DNA of 63,808 nucleotides, counting the filler, from Basidiobolus ranarum (Eukaryota), in the NCBI GenBank assembly GCA_040143965.1. It is 11 parts of 11 records of this genome, joined end to end, with 100 filler letters (N's around TTAATTAATTAA, not from the genome) between each part and the next. Parts side by side here need not be neighbours in the genome. Positions count along the whole stretch, not along the records: positions 58,122 to 63,808 come from JASJQH010008400.1; 10 more parts are not named here. The stretch is one strand, 5' to 3'. Numbering within the stretch: position 1 is the stretch's first letter; the number at the start of each line of letters is the position of its first letter. Positions 61,401 to 63,808 of the stretch are shown here, piece by piece. A model generated the notes under the pieces. It was not told the DNA's origin. It made no database searches and saw nothing but the letters and a program-made list of their open reading frames with translations. Made by a program: the position numbers and the translations under genes.

Positions 61401-63631
61401 CTCAAAGGTTACGCGAAGAGCAAGCTGCTGTACGTATTCAAAAGAATTGGAAAATGTCGCATCAGAAGCAACTGTTCCATCAAAATTTAGGATTTGTGTT
61501 GAAAGTTCAAACAGTTGTGAGAAGATATTTTGCCGTCAAACAGTTATTGATACTTCGACAAGAGAAGGCTGCCATTACTATTCAAAAGCATTACCGTCGC
61601 TGGGCTGTGGAGCGTGTATATAAAAGACAAGTCCAATTAATGGTACTCCTTCAATCATGCATTCGCCGTTGCCTAGCTGAAGCGAAACTGAAAGAACTCC
61701 GAGAAAATGCTGAGATCGCTAAAAATACTACTGTACCTCCAGAAACGCTAGAGCGTTCAACTTTGGAACTGGATCCTATCCCCCTTGATGAAACTCCAAG
61801 TATAGTGGAAACTCCAAGCTGTGAGGATACCTCAGAACCTATTCAGGAAACCGATCACGCTGAGTATTGGAAGGAAAAATTCGAAGAAGCTGAGGCTAGA
61901 AATAGTGAATTAGAAGCTCAGATCATTGCATATGCTGAAGACAACGGTTCTCTTCGGAAAGAGAATTCTACACTATCTGCTGAACGGGAAGCATTAGTTG
62001 AGAACCTTCGAGTGACGGAAGAGGAGTTGAATCTGCTGAAAACTGAATGCACCAATATTAAGAAGGAGCTAGTGAAAACTAAGAGGATGTCCGGTATGAC
62101 TGGAGACTCCAGTTATGAAAGTGTTAATGGTGTGAATGGCCAAGAAGAAGTATTAAATTCGGAAATTCTTCATGAGGATCATAATTCATGGCAGAGTACT
62201 TCAACAAAATCCACCAAATCTGGTCAAGATATAGTTCTCCCCGAGTTTAGACACCCTCAAATAGCTGCCTTGTATAACGAAGAGATTGCCTCCGCCAGAA
62301 GAGCGACGTTTGGTACCCTTAGTGGCGCTAGAAATAGTGCCCATACAGCGTCAATTTTGGAAAGCGAAGGTTTGGTCAATGAAATTGAGGAATTGCTAAG
62401 AGAATCTGAACTCCCAATTCAAGATGGACCCCGATCTGCACTCTCTCGCTCGGAAATCCTGTACCCTGCTCACTTAATATGCACTTGTGTAGAACAGTTT
62501 TGGGCATACAATTTAGGGCTTGAAATGAGAAGACTGCTTACTCAATCTACTCAGACCATAGAGTCCTTAATAATGAAGGCAGATCCAGCGAAATTCGAAA
62601 ATGTGGCTCATTACTGGCTTGCAAATAGTGTGTATCTGCTACAAGGGATTGTTAATATTGATCAACGCTATCAGAGTCAAAACTCGGGCTCGGTAAGATA
62701 CAGCTCCGACTACTTGGACCCAGGCAAGGTTGTAATCAAGCTAAAGGAGACCTTAGAAGAATTGATTGTAAAGATATATAATCTTTTAATGCATGAATTG
62801 AAGAAACGTATAAATCGCCTTATAGTTCCTGGAATCATAGAGAGTCAGCCTTTGATGGAATACTACGTCCAGGAATCGGGATTCTTTAAGAAAATGATGA
62901 CCAACGCTAGAAATAGTATGATGCCACCGACAGTAAAGATTGTCTCGGAGTTCTTGGAGCACGAGAGGAACTTGTTAGACTGCTATTTTGTCGACTCTGC
63001 TATTTCGAAACGTATCATTGAAGAATTACTCAATTACGTTGGCGCTAGTGCATTCAATAATATTGTAACAAGGTAAGTCTTATAGTTACATATGGTATAT
63101 CGACCATCTGCTGATTTTTCTATGAGTAGACGAAATTTCTGTTCGTGGAAACGAGGAACACAAATCCAAGCCAATATCACTCAATTACAAGAATGGTCTT
63201 CAAGACTTCCTTATGAACAACTAGAATTGCAACATTTAGATCAACTTCGCCAAGCAACGAAGCTTCTGACACTGTTAAACACAGTTCAGGACATCGATGT
63301 CTTATTCCAAGCGTGTGAACAGTTAAGCCCCAGTCAAATCAAAAAGATCACTTCATTATATTCAGTTTCCGACTATGAAGAACCTCTGCCAGCAGCTCTT
63401 GTAGCGGAAATTACTGAGTGTTGTGAACTGTCAGAGAAGCCGGATGATATACTCTTACCTGTAGATACACCCATAGATACCTATGGCATCGCCAAGTTGG
63501 TACAAAAAATGACTTTCTCACACACAGAAGAATATATACCAGACTGGCTACAACTTCATTTACTTAGATATGTAGTTGCCTTTAGCCAAATAAGCTACGA
63601 ACCACCCACTCAATTTACCCTAAATATCTGA
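58449..63631 (+). CDS. Class V myosin (motor, 6 IQ motifs, coiled coil, DIL tail), about 9 introns
   Basis: Motifs [20 protein letters not shown] (spliced), [16 protein letters not shown] and [14 protein letters not shown]; six IQ repeats; DIL region [18 protein letters not shown]. Confidence 0.96.
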
Positions 63632-63808
63632 TATGCTTTGTAGTCAAAATGTGTAAATAGAGTGCGTTAATATTATAGCTTATCCGTCCATTGATGCTGT
63701 TTATTTCTTACATATCTTAATCATTATATATGTTGGAAATCCGCTCGATCTGGATACAATTATTTCATTCCTGTTGTATATCTACTTAATCCCATACTTT
63801 CTACATTC

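Overview
This window is not one locus. It is 11 unrelated contigs of about 5.7 kb, sorted by decreasing length (5733 to 5687 bp) and joined by 100-bp artificial linkers (44N-TTAATTAATTAA-44N). The source is an AT-rich, intron-containing eukaryote, most plausibly an early-diverging fungus; a Basidiobolus/Zoopagomycota-like origin is an inference from gene content. Recognisable genes: ENA-type P-ATPase, alpha-arrestin, copine, mitochondrial DNA polymerase gamma (5' part), Nudix hydrolase, a 7TM-like membrane protein, GH9, NDUFA9, COQ5, a CE4 deacetylase and myosin V. There are also many decayed, CpG-depleted Ty1/Copia elements with half-tRNA-iMet primer sites. Highlights: (1) a convergent PhnY-like/PhnZ-like gene pair with CACGTG (Pho4-type) sites upstream, a candidate phosphonate-catabolism module whose PhnY half is absent from the ORF track; (2) an intronless secreted protein built from an actinobacterial-type glycosidase accessory domain; (3) a tandem pair of 10-Cys secreted peptides; (4) a GH9 with EAAN in place of the catalytic DAGD; (5) a P-ATPase with DKPGT in place of DKTGT. 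Family assignments come from motif recognition only; no database searches were run.
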